Assembly: GCA_964022095.1 (NCBI GenBank)
Contig: CAXHZO010000001.1
Location: 256,001-320,000 of the forward strand
Reading direction: 5' to 3'
DNA from: an uncultured Arcobacteraceae bacterium
Lineage (GTDB): Bacteria; Campylobacterota; Campylobacteria; Campylobacterales; Arcobacteraceae
Length of the DNA: 64,000 bases
The translations under genes were made by a program, and so were the position numbers. The first letter of the stretch is position 1. Every line of letters begins with the position of its first letter. Shown one piece after another: positions 41,005 through 50,393 of the stretch. The notes beneath the pieces are model-generated. The model saw only the letters and a list, made by a program, of their open reading frames with translations, had not been told where the DNA came from and did not search any database.

Positions 41005-41973
41005 CTAATTTTTTTTCTCACTTGGAATTACAGCTAATCCCCAAGGATATCTTCCTACTTTTATACTTTTTTCTACTTTTAAAGATTCTACATCTATTAT
41101 AGATACATCTCCACTAACACCGTTTGTTGTATATAGTTTTTTTTCATTATCTGCTAAAGCTAATTGCCAAACTCTACTTCCAACTAATAGGTATTTAATT
41201 ACTTTATAAGTTTTTGCATCAACAACAGCTACATGATTTGCAGGCCCTAAGGCTACAAATGCATATTTACCATCACTTGTTAACTGTATACCAACTGGTT
41301 GAATTAAGTCTTTAAAGATTCCAGGAATTTTAAAACCAAATTTTGCAATTTCTTCTTTTGTTTTTGCATCAACAACCATTACTGTTCCACCAATCTCAGA
41401 AGAAGCCCAAACTTTATCACCTGATTCAGTAAACTCAATATGTCTTGGTCTTTCATCAACTAATGTATTGTGAACAATTTTTTTACTTTTTGTATCAATC
41501 CAATGTAAAAAATTAGATGTTTCTGATGTATTAATTGCAACGCTTCCATCTGGACTAACAGCCATACCTTCTGGCTCTAAACCTACTTCAATTTGTGATA
41601 CAACAGTTTTATTAGGAATATCAACAACTGTTACAATACCATCATCTTCATTGGATATGTAAAGCTCTTTCCCATCTGGATGTAAAGCGAACTGTTCAGG
41701 ATCTTCACCTGAAGGAAGATCATATAAAATTTTTCCAGTTTTTGTATCCATGGCTTGTACTGTATCATCATCACTAGCACAAATATATAATTTTGTGTAA
41801 TCATTATTTAATAAGATACCTCTTGGCCTTTGACCAACTTCATAAGTTTGCACAACTTTTTGAGTATTTGAGTCAATTACTGAAATAGTATTATCTTTTT
41901 CATTTGAAACAAAAATTGTATCTGAAAGTAGTGCTGAACTTAAAATAGAAATTAATCCTAATTTCTTTAACAT
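41005..41973 (-). CDS. pedA2: PQQ-catabolism-associated YVTN beta-propeller protein (PedA2 type)
   Basis: FVSNEKDNTISVID, GQRPRGI, LPSGEDPE, ALGPANHVAVVD, YTTNGVS. Confidence 0.88.
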   Translation of the reverse strand: MLKKLGLISILSSALLSDTIFVSNEKDNTISVIDSNTQKVVQTYEVGQRPRGILLNNDYTKLYICASDDDTVQAMDTKTGKILYDLPSGEDPEQFALHPDGKELYISNEDDGIVTVVDIPNKTVVSQIEVGLEPEGMAVSPDGSVAINTSETSNFLHWIDTKSKKIVHNTLVDERPRHIEFTESGDKVWASSEIGGTVMVVDAKTKEEIAKFGFKIPGIFKDLIQPVGIQLTSDGKYAFVALGPANHVAVVDAKTYKVIKYLLVGSRVWQLALADNEKKLYTTNGVSGDVSIIDVESLKVEKSIKVGRYPWGLAVIPSEKKN

Positions 41974-41992
41974 TTTATCTCCTTAAAAAATT

Positions 41993-42019
41993 AACACAAA
42001 GTAAAAATTACTTTGTGTT
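41993..42019. terminator. Stem-loop between the cupredoxin-like gene and pedA2
   Basis: AACACAAAGTAA-aaa-TTACTTTGTGTT. Confidence 0.55.
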
Positions 42020-42024
42020 TAGTA

Positions 42025-42453
42025 TTATTTAACTATAAAAGTAGCTCTTTCTCTATCACTTTTAGCTGAAGGAAGACCTAATGTATACGTTCCTGGCTTA
42101 ATAGGTATAAAAGTTAATTCAATCTCACCCTCATCATCAAATTCAAAACTATCAATTCCTAATGGTCTTACTTCAATATCATTAATAGATACTTGATTTA
42201 CCCAAATATTTCTAAAAAATTCTGGACCTACAATAGGAATTTCTCTTGAACCATCACTTTTTAACTCGATTTTATAGTATTTACCAGCTACTAAATTATA
42301 AGGTTTTTCTGCTAATGCTTTACCAGCACCAATAGTTATAGGCTCTAGTGTTGTTCTAGAGTGTAATAAACCTTTAATATTTGCTGCAAAAGCAAATTCA
42401 CTTGTTAAAAGCACCATAAATAAACATAACGCAATCTTCTTAATCATTTTCAA
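42025..42453 (-). CDS. Secreted cupredoxin-like protein without type-1 copper ligands
   Basis: Signal peptide; L.AGKYY.I, PEFFRNIW and F.PIKPGTY strands; no Cys/His/Met in the C-terminal loop. Confidence 0.6.
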   Translation of the reverse strand: MKMIKKIALCLFMVLLTSEFAFAANIKGLLHSRTTLEPITIGAGKALAEKPYNLVAGKYYKIELKSDGSREIPIVGPEFFRNIWVNQVSINDIEVRPLGIDSFEFDDEGEIELTFIPIKPGTYTLGLPSAKSDRERATFIVK

Positions 42454-42487
42454 TCCTTTTCCTTAATTATTCTAAAATTGTATCAAA

Positions 42488-42519
42488 ATTGTATTAAAGT
42501 TTTATAGCTTCAGTTTAGC
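42488..42519 (-). promoter_or_regulatory. GCTA-N7-GCTA box plus -10 TACAAT for cupredoxin-like/pedA2
   Basis: TAGC at 42505 and 42516; ATTGTA at 42488-42493. Confidence 0.85.
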
Positions 42520-42543
42520 ATTTAATGTTTTTCTTATTATTTT

Positions 42544-42575
42544 GCTAAACTATAGCTATATATTTTCTATACAAT
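42544..42575 (+). promoter_or_regulatory. GCTA-N7-GCTA box plus -10 TACAAT for pedA1
   Basis: GCTA at 42544 and 42555; TACAAT at 42570-42575. Confidence 0.85.
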
Positions 42576-42601
42576 ATAGAAATAAAAAACAAAGGATTAA
42601 A

Positions 42602-43750
42602 ATGAAAATTATAATTTCGATACTTTTTTTAATAAGTTTAATAAAAGCAGAAATACTAGAAGTTAATATCTTATATTTAGAACAAAAAATACAAAAGCCA
42701 CCTATTCTTTCAAATGTTATTGAAGAGCCTGAGGACTTAGGACTAAAAGGTGCACAAATTGCTATTAAAGATAGTAATAAAACGGCAAAGTTTTTAAATC
42801 AACACTATAATTTGATAGAAAAAATATCTTACGATAAAAAAGAGCTAAAAAAAGATTTTGAAGAATTTATAAATAGTGGAAATTCATATATACTTTTAAA
42901 TGTTGAAGATGATTTTTTTAAAGAGTTACTAAATAACCCACTTTCAAAAAAAGCATTATTAATAAACTCAAGTAGTAAAACAACTGACTTAAGAAAACAA
43001 TATTGTCAAGAGAATTTACTTCATACAATTTCAAGCAATGCAATGCTTTATGATGGATTAGTACAATTTCTAATAAAAAGAAACTTCAAAGATATATTTT
43101 TAATTAGTGGAGAAAATCCAAAAGATAACCTAATTGTAAAAGATATAAAAAGAGCAATTAAAAAATTTAATGCAAATATAATTAAAGAAAAAGTTTGGGA
43201 TAATAATAGTGATATTAGAAGAAAAGCAAATGCAGAGTTTCCAGTATTTACTCAAGCAAAAGATTATGATTTAGTTATGTTAGCTGATCACTATGGGGAT
43301 TTTGGCGAGTTTATGTATTTTAATACTTGGCTTCCAAGACCAGTTGCAGGAACACAAGGATTAACTCCTGTTACTTGGCATAAAGTTATTGAAGCTTGGG
43401 GTGCAGCACAAATGCAAAGTAGATTTGAAGATTTTGCTTCTAGATGGATGCAATCAAAAGACTATTCAAACTGGGTAGCAATTAGAACAATTATTACATC
43501 GATTTCAAAAACAAAAACTTCTGATTTAAAAACAAATTTAGAGCTTATTAGATCAAAAAGTTTTGATATAGCTGCATATAAAGGAAGAAAACTATCTTTT
43601 AGAGACTATAATGGGCAATTAAGAATGCCTGTTTCTTTAGTACAACCAAGAGCACTTATTTCAACTTCACCGCAGGTTGGTTTTTTACATCCTGAAACTG
43701 ATTTAGATACATTAGGTATTGCACCATTTGAAATGGAGTGTAAAAAATGA
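42602..43750 (+). CDS. pedA1: ABC substrate-binding protein of PQQ alcohol dehydrogenase systems (PedA1 type); start moved to ATG 42602
   Basis: PRPVAGTQGL, WGAAQMQSRF, SFRDYNGQLR, SPQVGFLH..TDLDTLG; AAGGA RBS before 42602. Confidence 0.87.
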   Translation: MKIIISILFLISLIKAEILEVNILYLEQKIQKPPILSNVIEEPEDLGLKGAQIAIKDSNKTAKFLNQHYNLIEKISYDKKELKKDFEEFINSGNSYILLNVEDDFFKELLNNPLSKKALLINSSSKTTDLRKQYCQENLLHTISSNAMLYDGLVQFLIKRNFKDIFLISGENPKDNLIVKDIKRAIKKFNANIIKEKVWDNNSDIRRKANAEFPVFTQAKDYDLVMLADHYGDFGEFMYFNTWLPRPVAGTQGLTPVTWHKVIEAWGAAQMQSRFEDFASRWMQSKDYSNWVAIRTIITSISKTKTSDLKTNLELIRSKSFDIAAYKGRKLSFRDYNGQLRMPVSLVQPRALISTSPQVGFLHPETDLDTLGIAPFEMECKK

Positions 43751-44205
43751 TAAAAGTTCTCTCTTTATTTTTACTTTTTATTAGTTACGTAAGTGCTTCA
43801 TATGAAGTAATTGATGAGGAGAATATTTTTACAATTAAAACAAAAGACATTAGTTTTGATGAGTTACATATAAACTTAGAAGATGAGATTACTTTTCAGA
43901 GTTTTGTAATTGTTCATAAATTAGATTTAGCAAAATCAACAGCTAAAGTTGCTGAGGCTTTAGAAAAAAAAGCTGTTTTAAAAAAAGGTATAAATATACT
44001 TATTTGTAAAAGTAGTTTTACACTTGCTATGCATGAAGAGAATATTAAAAATATTACATATTGTCCTTTAAATATTTCAGTATATGCAGATGAACAGTAT
44101 AATTATATATCTTATAAAAAATATGATAATTTTGGTAAAGATGATAAAATAGCTAATGAGATAAATGAAAAGTTAAAAAATATTGTTTTAAAGAGTTTGG
44201 ATTAA
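43747..44205 (+). CDS. Secreted DUF302-like protein
   Basis: Signal peptide; ILICK...YCPLNISVY pattern; overlaps the pedA1 stop. Confidence 0.6.
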   Translation: MIKVLSLFLLFISYVSASYEVIDEENIFTIKTKDISFDELHINLEDEITFQSFVIVHKLDLAKSTAKVAEALEKKAVLKKGINILICKSSFTLAMHEENIKNITYCPLNISVYADEQYNYISYKKYDNFGKDDKIANEINEKLKNIVLKSLD

Positions 44206-44220
44206 AATCCAAAACTCTTT
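44190..44220. terminator. Stem-loop between convergent genes
   Basis: AAAGAGTTTGGATT..AATCCAAAACTCTTT imperfect inverted repeat. Confidence 0.6.
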
Positions 44221-44226
44221 AACTTT

Positions 44227-45201
44227 TTACATCTTAACTAAATATCTTCCAACTGCTTTACCAGCTAATAATTGTTCATAAGCTTCTTTTACTTCATCTA
44301 AAGAAATTTCATTTGTTAAATCGTTTAATGTATCAACTTTAAACTCATCTGCAACTTTTTCCCATGCAGCGATTTTCTTTTCAATTTTACATTCAACAGA
44401 ATCAATACCAACTAATCTAACACCTCTTAAAATAAATGGAAATACATTTGTATTTAATGCAAAAGAAGAAGTTAATCCACAACAAGTAGCAACACCATCA
44501 TATTTTATAACTTTTAAAGCTTCTGCTAAAATATTTCCACCAACAGTATCAATCACACCATCGTATTTTTCACTACCCATTGGTCTTTTATTCTCTACAT
44601 CAAAATCTTTTCTTAAAATTACTTCAGTTGCACCAATGCTTTTTAAGAACTCAATTTTTTCTTCTTTTCCTGAAATTGCAGTTACTTCAAATCCTAATTT
44701 ACTTAAAATTGAAACAGCAATACTCCCAACTCCACCAGTTGCACCTGTTACTAAAACACTTCCTGATGTTACACCGTTGTTTAATAATTCATTTACACTT
44801 AAAGCAGCTGTTAATCCAGCTGTTCCATAAGTCATAATCTCTTTATCTGTAATATTTTCAGGCATTGGAACAACCCATGATGCTGGAACTTTTACATATT
44901 CACTATGTCCACCATTTGTGTTCATACCTAAATCATAACCAGTTACTAAAACTTTTTGACCTACTTTAAAACTATCACTATTTGATTGCTCAATTGTACC
45001 AGCTACATCAATACCTGTAACGTGAGGAAATACTCTTGTTACTCCTGGATTACCAACTGAACTTAATGCATCTTTATAATTTAATGATGAATAAGTAGTT
45101 TTAATTAATACTTCATTCTCTTCAATATTAGGAATATCTATTTCTTGTATTCCTGAACTAAACTTCTTATCTTCAATTTTCTCTACAATATATGCTTTCA
45201 T
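44227..45201 (-). CDS. YhdH/YhfP-family MDR oxidoreductase (acrylyl-CoA reductase AcuI-like)
   Basis: YSSLNYKDAL, GTAGLTAAL, TGATGGVGS, PFILRGV.L.GIDSV. Confidence 0.88.
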   Translation of the reverse strand: MKAYIVEKIEDKKFSSGIQEIDIPNIEENEVLIKTTYSSLNYKDALSSVGNPGVTRVFPHVTGIDVAGTIEQSNSDSFKVGQKVLVTGYDLGMNTNGGHSEYVKVPASWVVPMPENITDKEIMTYGTAGLTAALSVNELLNNGVTSGSVLVTGATGGVGSIAVSILSKLGFEVTAISGKEEKIEFLKSIGATEVILRKDFDVENKRPMGSEKYDGVIDTVGGNILAEALKVIKYDGVATCCGLTSSFALNTNVFPFILRGVRLVGIDSVECKIEKKIAAWEKVADEFKVDTLNDLTNEISLDEVKEAYEQLLAGKAVGRYLVKM

Positions 45202-45326
45202 AAAAAATCCTTTATTTTCTTTACTTCTTAATGAAACTTTAGCTAAAATACAAACTTAAGACAAGTACATACTAAAAAGAAATGTACTATATAAAAAGAT
45301 ACCTATGTGATTTTAAGGGGTTTACA

Positions 45327-45668
45327 ATGAATAAGAAAATGGAAGAAAAAGAATTAATTGAGAAATGTCCAGTTGAAACAGCACTTGATGTACTAGCTGG
45401 AAAATGGAAAATTTTAATATTATGGTATTTAAAAAGTGAAACTAGAAGATTTAGTGAACTACAAAAACTACTGCCAAGAACAACTCAAAAAATGTTAATT
45501 CAAAAATTAAGAGAACTTGAAGAGGATGGAATAATTCATAGAGAAGTATATCCAGTAGTTCCACCAAAAGTAGAATACTCTTTAACTGAGTATGGTGAAA
45601 CACTGAAACCTATATTAAAACAATTATACAAATGGGGTGAAATTCACAAAGAAAAGTATAATAAATAA
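45327..45668 (+). CDS. HxlR-family winged-helix regulator (likely start ATG 45327)
   Basis: CPVE...GKWK, QKML..LRELEEDG, VPPKVEYSLT; divergent from the oxidoreductase. Confidence 0.92.
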   Translation: MNKKMEEKELIEKCPVETALDVLAGKWKILILWYLKSETRRFSELQKLLPRTTQKMLIQKLRELEEDGIIHREVYPVVPPKVEYSLTEYGETLKPILKQLYKWGEIHKEKYNK

Positions 45669-45694
45669 TATAGCTTAATTAATTTTGGCTATTG

Positions 45695-45814
45695 TTATAT
45701 TAAAATCAATAGAACGATAGCTAAAATAAAACCAAACTCATACTTAAACATACTTTTCATATCATCTGATGTAATTGATTCACTATAGTGTGCGTCATAT
45801 GATGTAATATTCAT
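45695..45814 (-). CDS. 39-aa small protein with C-terminal hydrophobic segment
   Basis: MNITSYDAHYSESITSDDMKSMFKYEFGFILAIVLLILI; AAGGAA RBS 6 nt upstream; hairpin at the 3' end. Confidence 0.55.
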   Translation of the reverse strand: MNITSYDAHYSESITSDDMKSMFKYEFGFILAIVLLILI

Positions 45815-45972
45815 AATTAGTTCCTTATAGTTATATTTTATTACTATACACAATAACATATATAACTTATTTTATTCTTAAGAAATCTATAGTAATTTAC
45901 TTATATTTTAATAAAAAACCTCCTAACTGTATATATACTGTACAATTAAGAGAATATTACAACCTTTTTTTA

Positions 45973-48481
45973 CTACTCTCTAAATTTTTTTTCACCAACA
46001 TCTTCTAATATTTGTTTAGCAAGTTTATTTGAATTAGCTGCTATATCATGAGTTTGTGAAGCAATTTCTGCATTTTCTTGAGTTTGCTTATCTAAGCTAT
46101 AAACTGCACTATTAATTTGCTCTATTCCAGATAATTGCTCTTTACTTGATTTATCAACAAAATCAATTAAATGTAAAGTCTCTTCAATATTGTTATTAAG
46201 TTTTTTATATCCTTCAATCATTTCAGAAGCAATACCTTTACCTTCATTTGCTTTGAAGCTTGCATCTTCAACTAATTTTTTTATCTCATCAGCTGCTTGG
46301 GCACTTCTACTTGCTAAGTTTCTAACTTCTTGAGCAACAACAGCAAATCCTTTTCCAGCTTCACCTGCAGTTGCTGCTTCAACGGCTGCATTAAGAGATA
46401 AAATATTTGTTTGAAATGCAATTTGATCAATCACTTCAATTGCTTCACTAATAGCAGTTACTTTTTCGTTTATTTCATCCATAGAAGAGTTTGTTTTATT
46501 AGCTAATACTTCCCCACTTGTAGAAGACTCATTTACTTTTTTAGAATAGTTAGTCATTTTATAAATATTCTCTGAACTATTTCTAATATTTGATGTAATC
46601 TCTTCAATTGATGAAGATGTCTCCTCTAAAGATGCTGCTGCTTGAGTAGAACTAAGCTTTAATTTATTTACATTGTCAAGTAAAGTATCTGATTGTCTAT
46701 CAATAGTTAATCCTCTTTGTTTACTTTTATTTAGCATTGTAGAGATTGAATCACCTAAATAATTTACTCCTTGTGCTAAATTTAATAAATCTTCTTTTAA
46801 TCCATTTGTATCTACTTTTTCTAAATAATCATAATTTGAATATTTATCTAAAATATTTAAAACCTTATTTATATTAGATTCTAAATTCCCTGCCATATTA
46901 TTAAGTACATCTTGTAATTGCATTAAAGAAGGATTAGATACATTTTGATTTAATCTTTTTGACAAATAACCCTTTTCAAAATCACCTAACACTGCTATTG
47001 TTTCATCAATTAGTTTTCTATCTTCATCTATTGATTTTTTAGTAATTTGAACATTCTCATTTAAAATACTTGCCATTTGACCTATTTCATCATCATTAAC
47101 AACTTCTAATAATACAGCATCATCTGATTTATGATTTAAATATGAAAAGAAAGAGTCTAATCCATCTTTTAATTTTTCAATTGGATTTATTATTAGTTTG
47201 CTTATTAAACTAATAGAGATAATCAAAAATATTGTGATACTTACAATTGAAGCAATTAATACAAATCTTCTAAGCTCATATGCTGTTTGAAAAGCTTCAT
47301 CTTCATCAATTTCAGACACTAATACCCATTTTGTTTGATCAAAAATATTTATTACCTCAAAAGCACTTAATACACTAATCCCTCTATAATCATCAATTAT
47401 CCAATTAGCTTCATTTATATTTTTTTCAAAGGCTGCTTTTGTTGTATCTGTTTTTACTTCCCAAATACCAATAGTTGAATTTAACTCTTTTACAATGTCA
47501 TCATTTATGTCATTTAAAAATCTAGAGTTGTTTCTCATTTTATAATCACTACCAATTAAATAAGCCTCACCACTTTTTCCAAAACCTGATTCTTCATAAT
47601 CTCCATTAAAACTCATAATGTCATTGATTTTATCAACTGGCATTTGAAAAATTAAAACACCTTGTTTCTTATCATTTATAAAGATAGGTGTTGCAATAAA
47701 GGAAGCAGCTGAATTATAACTAGGCTCATAGGGAGCAAAATCTTCAAAAGCAATTTCATTTTTATTTAACTGTAATGCTTTTTTATAAACTTTTCCAATA
47801 CCTGTTTTTGAATATACACCATTAATTAAATTTGTACCAAAATCTTTTTCTTTGAAGTCTGTGTAAATTAAGTTACCCTTTAAATCTACCATGAAAATAT
47901 CATATAAACTATAATTAATTAAGAATTCATTGAAAGTGCTATGGTATAACTTATGTGCCTCCATATATTTAGACTTATATTTTTCATTATAAACTAAATT
48001 GTTTTTTTCTCCCAATTTTTCTTTATTATCAGTAATAAAAATATATTGAGCAATTAAAGAGTTATTATTAATTGGAAGATAGGTATCCATATCTTTTCTT
48101 GAATCACTATTTGGGACTTTATAATTTACCAAATCTAAATAGTTTGTCTTAAAATCTTTTGAAATTTCTTCTTCAATAAAATCAATATCTAAATCAATTT
48201 CATTAGATAAATTATGAAAACCTTCTTCAAAATCTACAAAAGCATCTTTTGTAGTTTTACTTTGAGATAAAGATAAAAGAAGTGATTGTAATGTTCCAAA
48301 ATAAGATTGAATTTCATTCTTTTTAGTAGTTTTGATAGCTTGTAGCTTATTCATTTCTGATTTTTCTAAAGATTTCATTGACATATCTATAGATAGATAT
48401 GAGATAATAGAACCTAGAAAAATCAAACTAAATGCGATTAAAGTAATTAACTTAAATCTAATTGATAAGTTTTTTTTTCAT
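45973..48481 (-). pseudogene. Methyl-accepting chemotaxis protein (Cache-type periplasmic domain), frameshifted in an A9 run just after the start codon
   Basis: [17 protein letters not shown] signalling domain. ATG 48481 with AAAGGG RBS is one base out of frame; the main frame has TGA at 48478-48480. Confidence 0.8.
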
Positions 48482-48552
48482 TTATCAGCCCTTTATAAAA
48501 TAATCTATAATTGTACTGTAAATTAATAAATGTATAAATAAATAAGAAAAAA

Positions 48553-48951
48553 CTAGTACTTACCAAACTCTTTATATGTTTTATCTTCAAAAATTATAAA
48601 GACTGTTTTTGGATCATTATCATTCTCATAAGCAGGTAATGCTAAACCAATTGAGTCCTTAATTGGTTTTGCTAAAAAATCTTTTATAGCTTTTGAAGGA
48701 ACATTACCTTCAAATACATAATCATTTAAAAAAGAGGTATTACATGATTGTATTTCAAAAGGAACACCAACATCTTTTTTTATTGCTTTTACGCTTCTTA
48801 AAGTTATGATCTCTACATCTTTTGCAACTAAATTCATCTCTTCATACCAAGAAGGAGGACAAGTACTACTTAGAGGTTTAAAAACTTGCATTTTCCCTTC
48901 ACTTGCAAACAATGCAACTACTAAACTAGCTAAAATAAATATTTTTTTCAT
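48553..48951 (-). CDS. Secreted DUF411/CopG-like protein with eroded metal ligands
   Basis: K..GVP...SCNT...YVFEGNVP..AI...L...IGLALP follows the DUF411 pattern. Confidence 0.7.
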   Translation of the reverse strand: MKKIFILASLVVALFASEGKMQVFKPLSSTCPPSWYEEMNLVAKDVEIITLRSVKAIKKDVGVPFEIQSCNTSFLNDYVFEGNVPSKAIKDFLAKPIKDSIGLALPAYENDNDPKTVFIIFEDKTYKEFGKY

Positions 48952-49646
48952 ATTTCACCTTTTAATATATTTGGATATTCATCAAAAAGATTGTTTTTAA
49001 TCTCATCAATTCTTTTTAAATCAAAACTTTGTTCATTTGGGTTGTTAAACTCTAAAATTACCTTTGCAGGATTTTTTGAAAAGAAGAATATTCTATTTGA
49101 AAATAAAATAGCCTCACTTATATCATGAGTTACAAGAATAACTATTGGATTGAATTTTTTGCAAAGTTCTAAAAAGTCTTTTTTAAGCTCTTGAGAAGTT
49201 GGAAAATCTAAAGAAGTAAAAGGCTCATCAAGTAAAATTAATTTCGGTTGATTTATAAATGCTCTTACAAATGCAACTCTTCTTTTCATGCCCCCTGATA
49301 ATACTTTTGGATATTCATCTAAAAAATCTTCTAAATCGATTAATCTTAGTAATTCTATTATATCTTCAATACTTTTTGATTGAGAAACTAATAAAAGATT
49401 CTCTTTAATTGTTAGCCAAGGAACTAATCTATCATCTTGAAAAACAAAAGAAATCTCATCAAAAGGTATATCAATATGTCCACAATAGTCATTATCTAAG
49501 TTTGATAAAATATTTAAAAAAGTACTTTTACCACACCCTGATGGACCAATTATTGATATAAATTCATTCTCTTTTACATTCATATTTATATCTTTTAATA
49601 TGGTTTTAGTGTTGTATTCTTTTGAGCTTATATTTATATCAATCAT
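48948..49646 (-). CDS. NitT/TauT-type ABC transporter ATP-binding protein (likely start ATG 49646)
   Basis: GPSGCGKST, LSGGMKRR, LLDEPF, VTHD. Confidence 0.92.
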   Translation of the reverse strand: MIDINISSKEYNTKTILKDINMNVKENEFISIIGPSGCGKSTFLNILSNLDNDYCGHIDIPFDEISFVFQDDRLVPWLTIKENLLLVSQSKSIEDIIELLRLIDLEDFLDEYPKVLSGGMKRRVAFVRAFINQPKLILLDEPFTSLDFPTSQELKKDFLELCKKFNPIVILVTHDISEAILFSNRIFFFSKNPAKVILEFNNPNEQSFDLKRIDEIKNNLFDEYPNILKGEI

Positions 49647-49647
49647 A

Positions 49648-50379
49648 CTATTTCCATGCATTTATTTTATTTTCTATTGGCTTTAATATATAGTTCTCAA
49701 TTAATAATATAACAATAATAAAAGCTAAAGAATAAGCTAAAATAGATGTAATATTAAAAAATTGGAAAAACATTGATATTTTAAATCCAATCCCATCACT
49801 TCTACCAAGTAACTCTACAACTAAAACAATCTTCCAAATTAAAGATAAGGATAATCTTGTTGAAGCCATTATATATGGATAGATTTGAGGTAAAAAAACT
49901 TTAAAGAAAGTTTCTTTTTTTGATACTTTATATACTTGTGCTAGTTTTAAATACTTTTGCTCAACTGCTCTAGTGCCTTCTCTAATATTAACTACAACAA
50001 TTGGTACTTTATTTAAAATAACAGCCAATAATGCTGCAAAATCTGTTAATCCAAACCAAATATAGCAAATAACAATCGTAACTAATGCAGGTATATTTAA
50101 ACTAAGAATTAATATAAAATCAAATATATCATCTACTTTTTTTGATAAACCCATTGCTATACCAATAAATATTCCAATAAGCATTGTAATAAAAAATGTT
50201 ACAAATACTCTATAAAGAGTAATTCCTAAGTGATGAAACAGTTCTCCATCCCCCATATGTCTAATTAAATCATAAAAGATATCAACAACACTTGGGAATA
50301 CTGAAGATTCTATAGTAACAGCAATAGCTTGCCAAAGTATTACAAAAATAAATATTGATATTAGTTTAGTTTGATTCAA
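49648..50379 (-). CDS. NitT/TauT-type ABC transporter permease
   Basis: Multiple TM helices; NIPALV, LIWKIVLVVELLGRSDGIG. Confidence 0.9.
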   Translation of the reverse strand: MNQTKLISIFIFVILWQAIAVTIESSVFPSVVDIFYDLIRHMGDGELFHHLGITLYRVFVTFFITMLIGIFIGIAMGLSKKVDDIFDFILILSLNIPALVTIVICYIWFGLTDFAALLAVILNKVPIVVVNIREGTRAVEQKYLKLAQVYKVSKKETFFKVFLPQIYPYIMASTRLSLSLIWKIVLVVELLGRSDGIGFKISMFFQFFNITSILAYSLAFIIVILLIENYILKPIENKINAWK

Positions 50380-50393
50380 AATATAATTCCCAT

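Noticed and set aside
42542-42601. N-terminal extension of pedA1 from TTG 42542
   Set aside because: This stretch holds the promoter (boxes and -10); ATG 42602 has the RBS and restores a signal peptide.
45900-45924. Strong AGGAGG on the minus strand
   Set aside because: It is followed by ATT AAA ATA TAA with no usable ORF; at most a decayed gene start.
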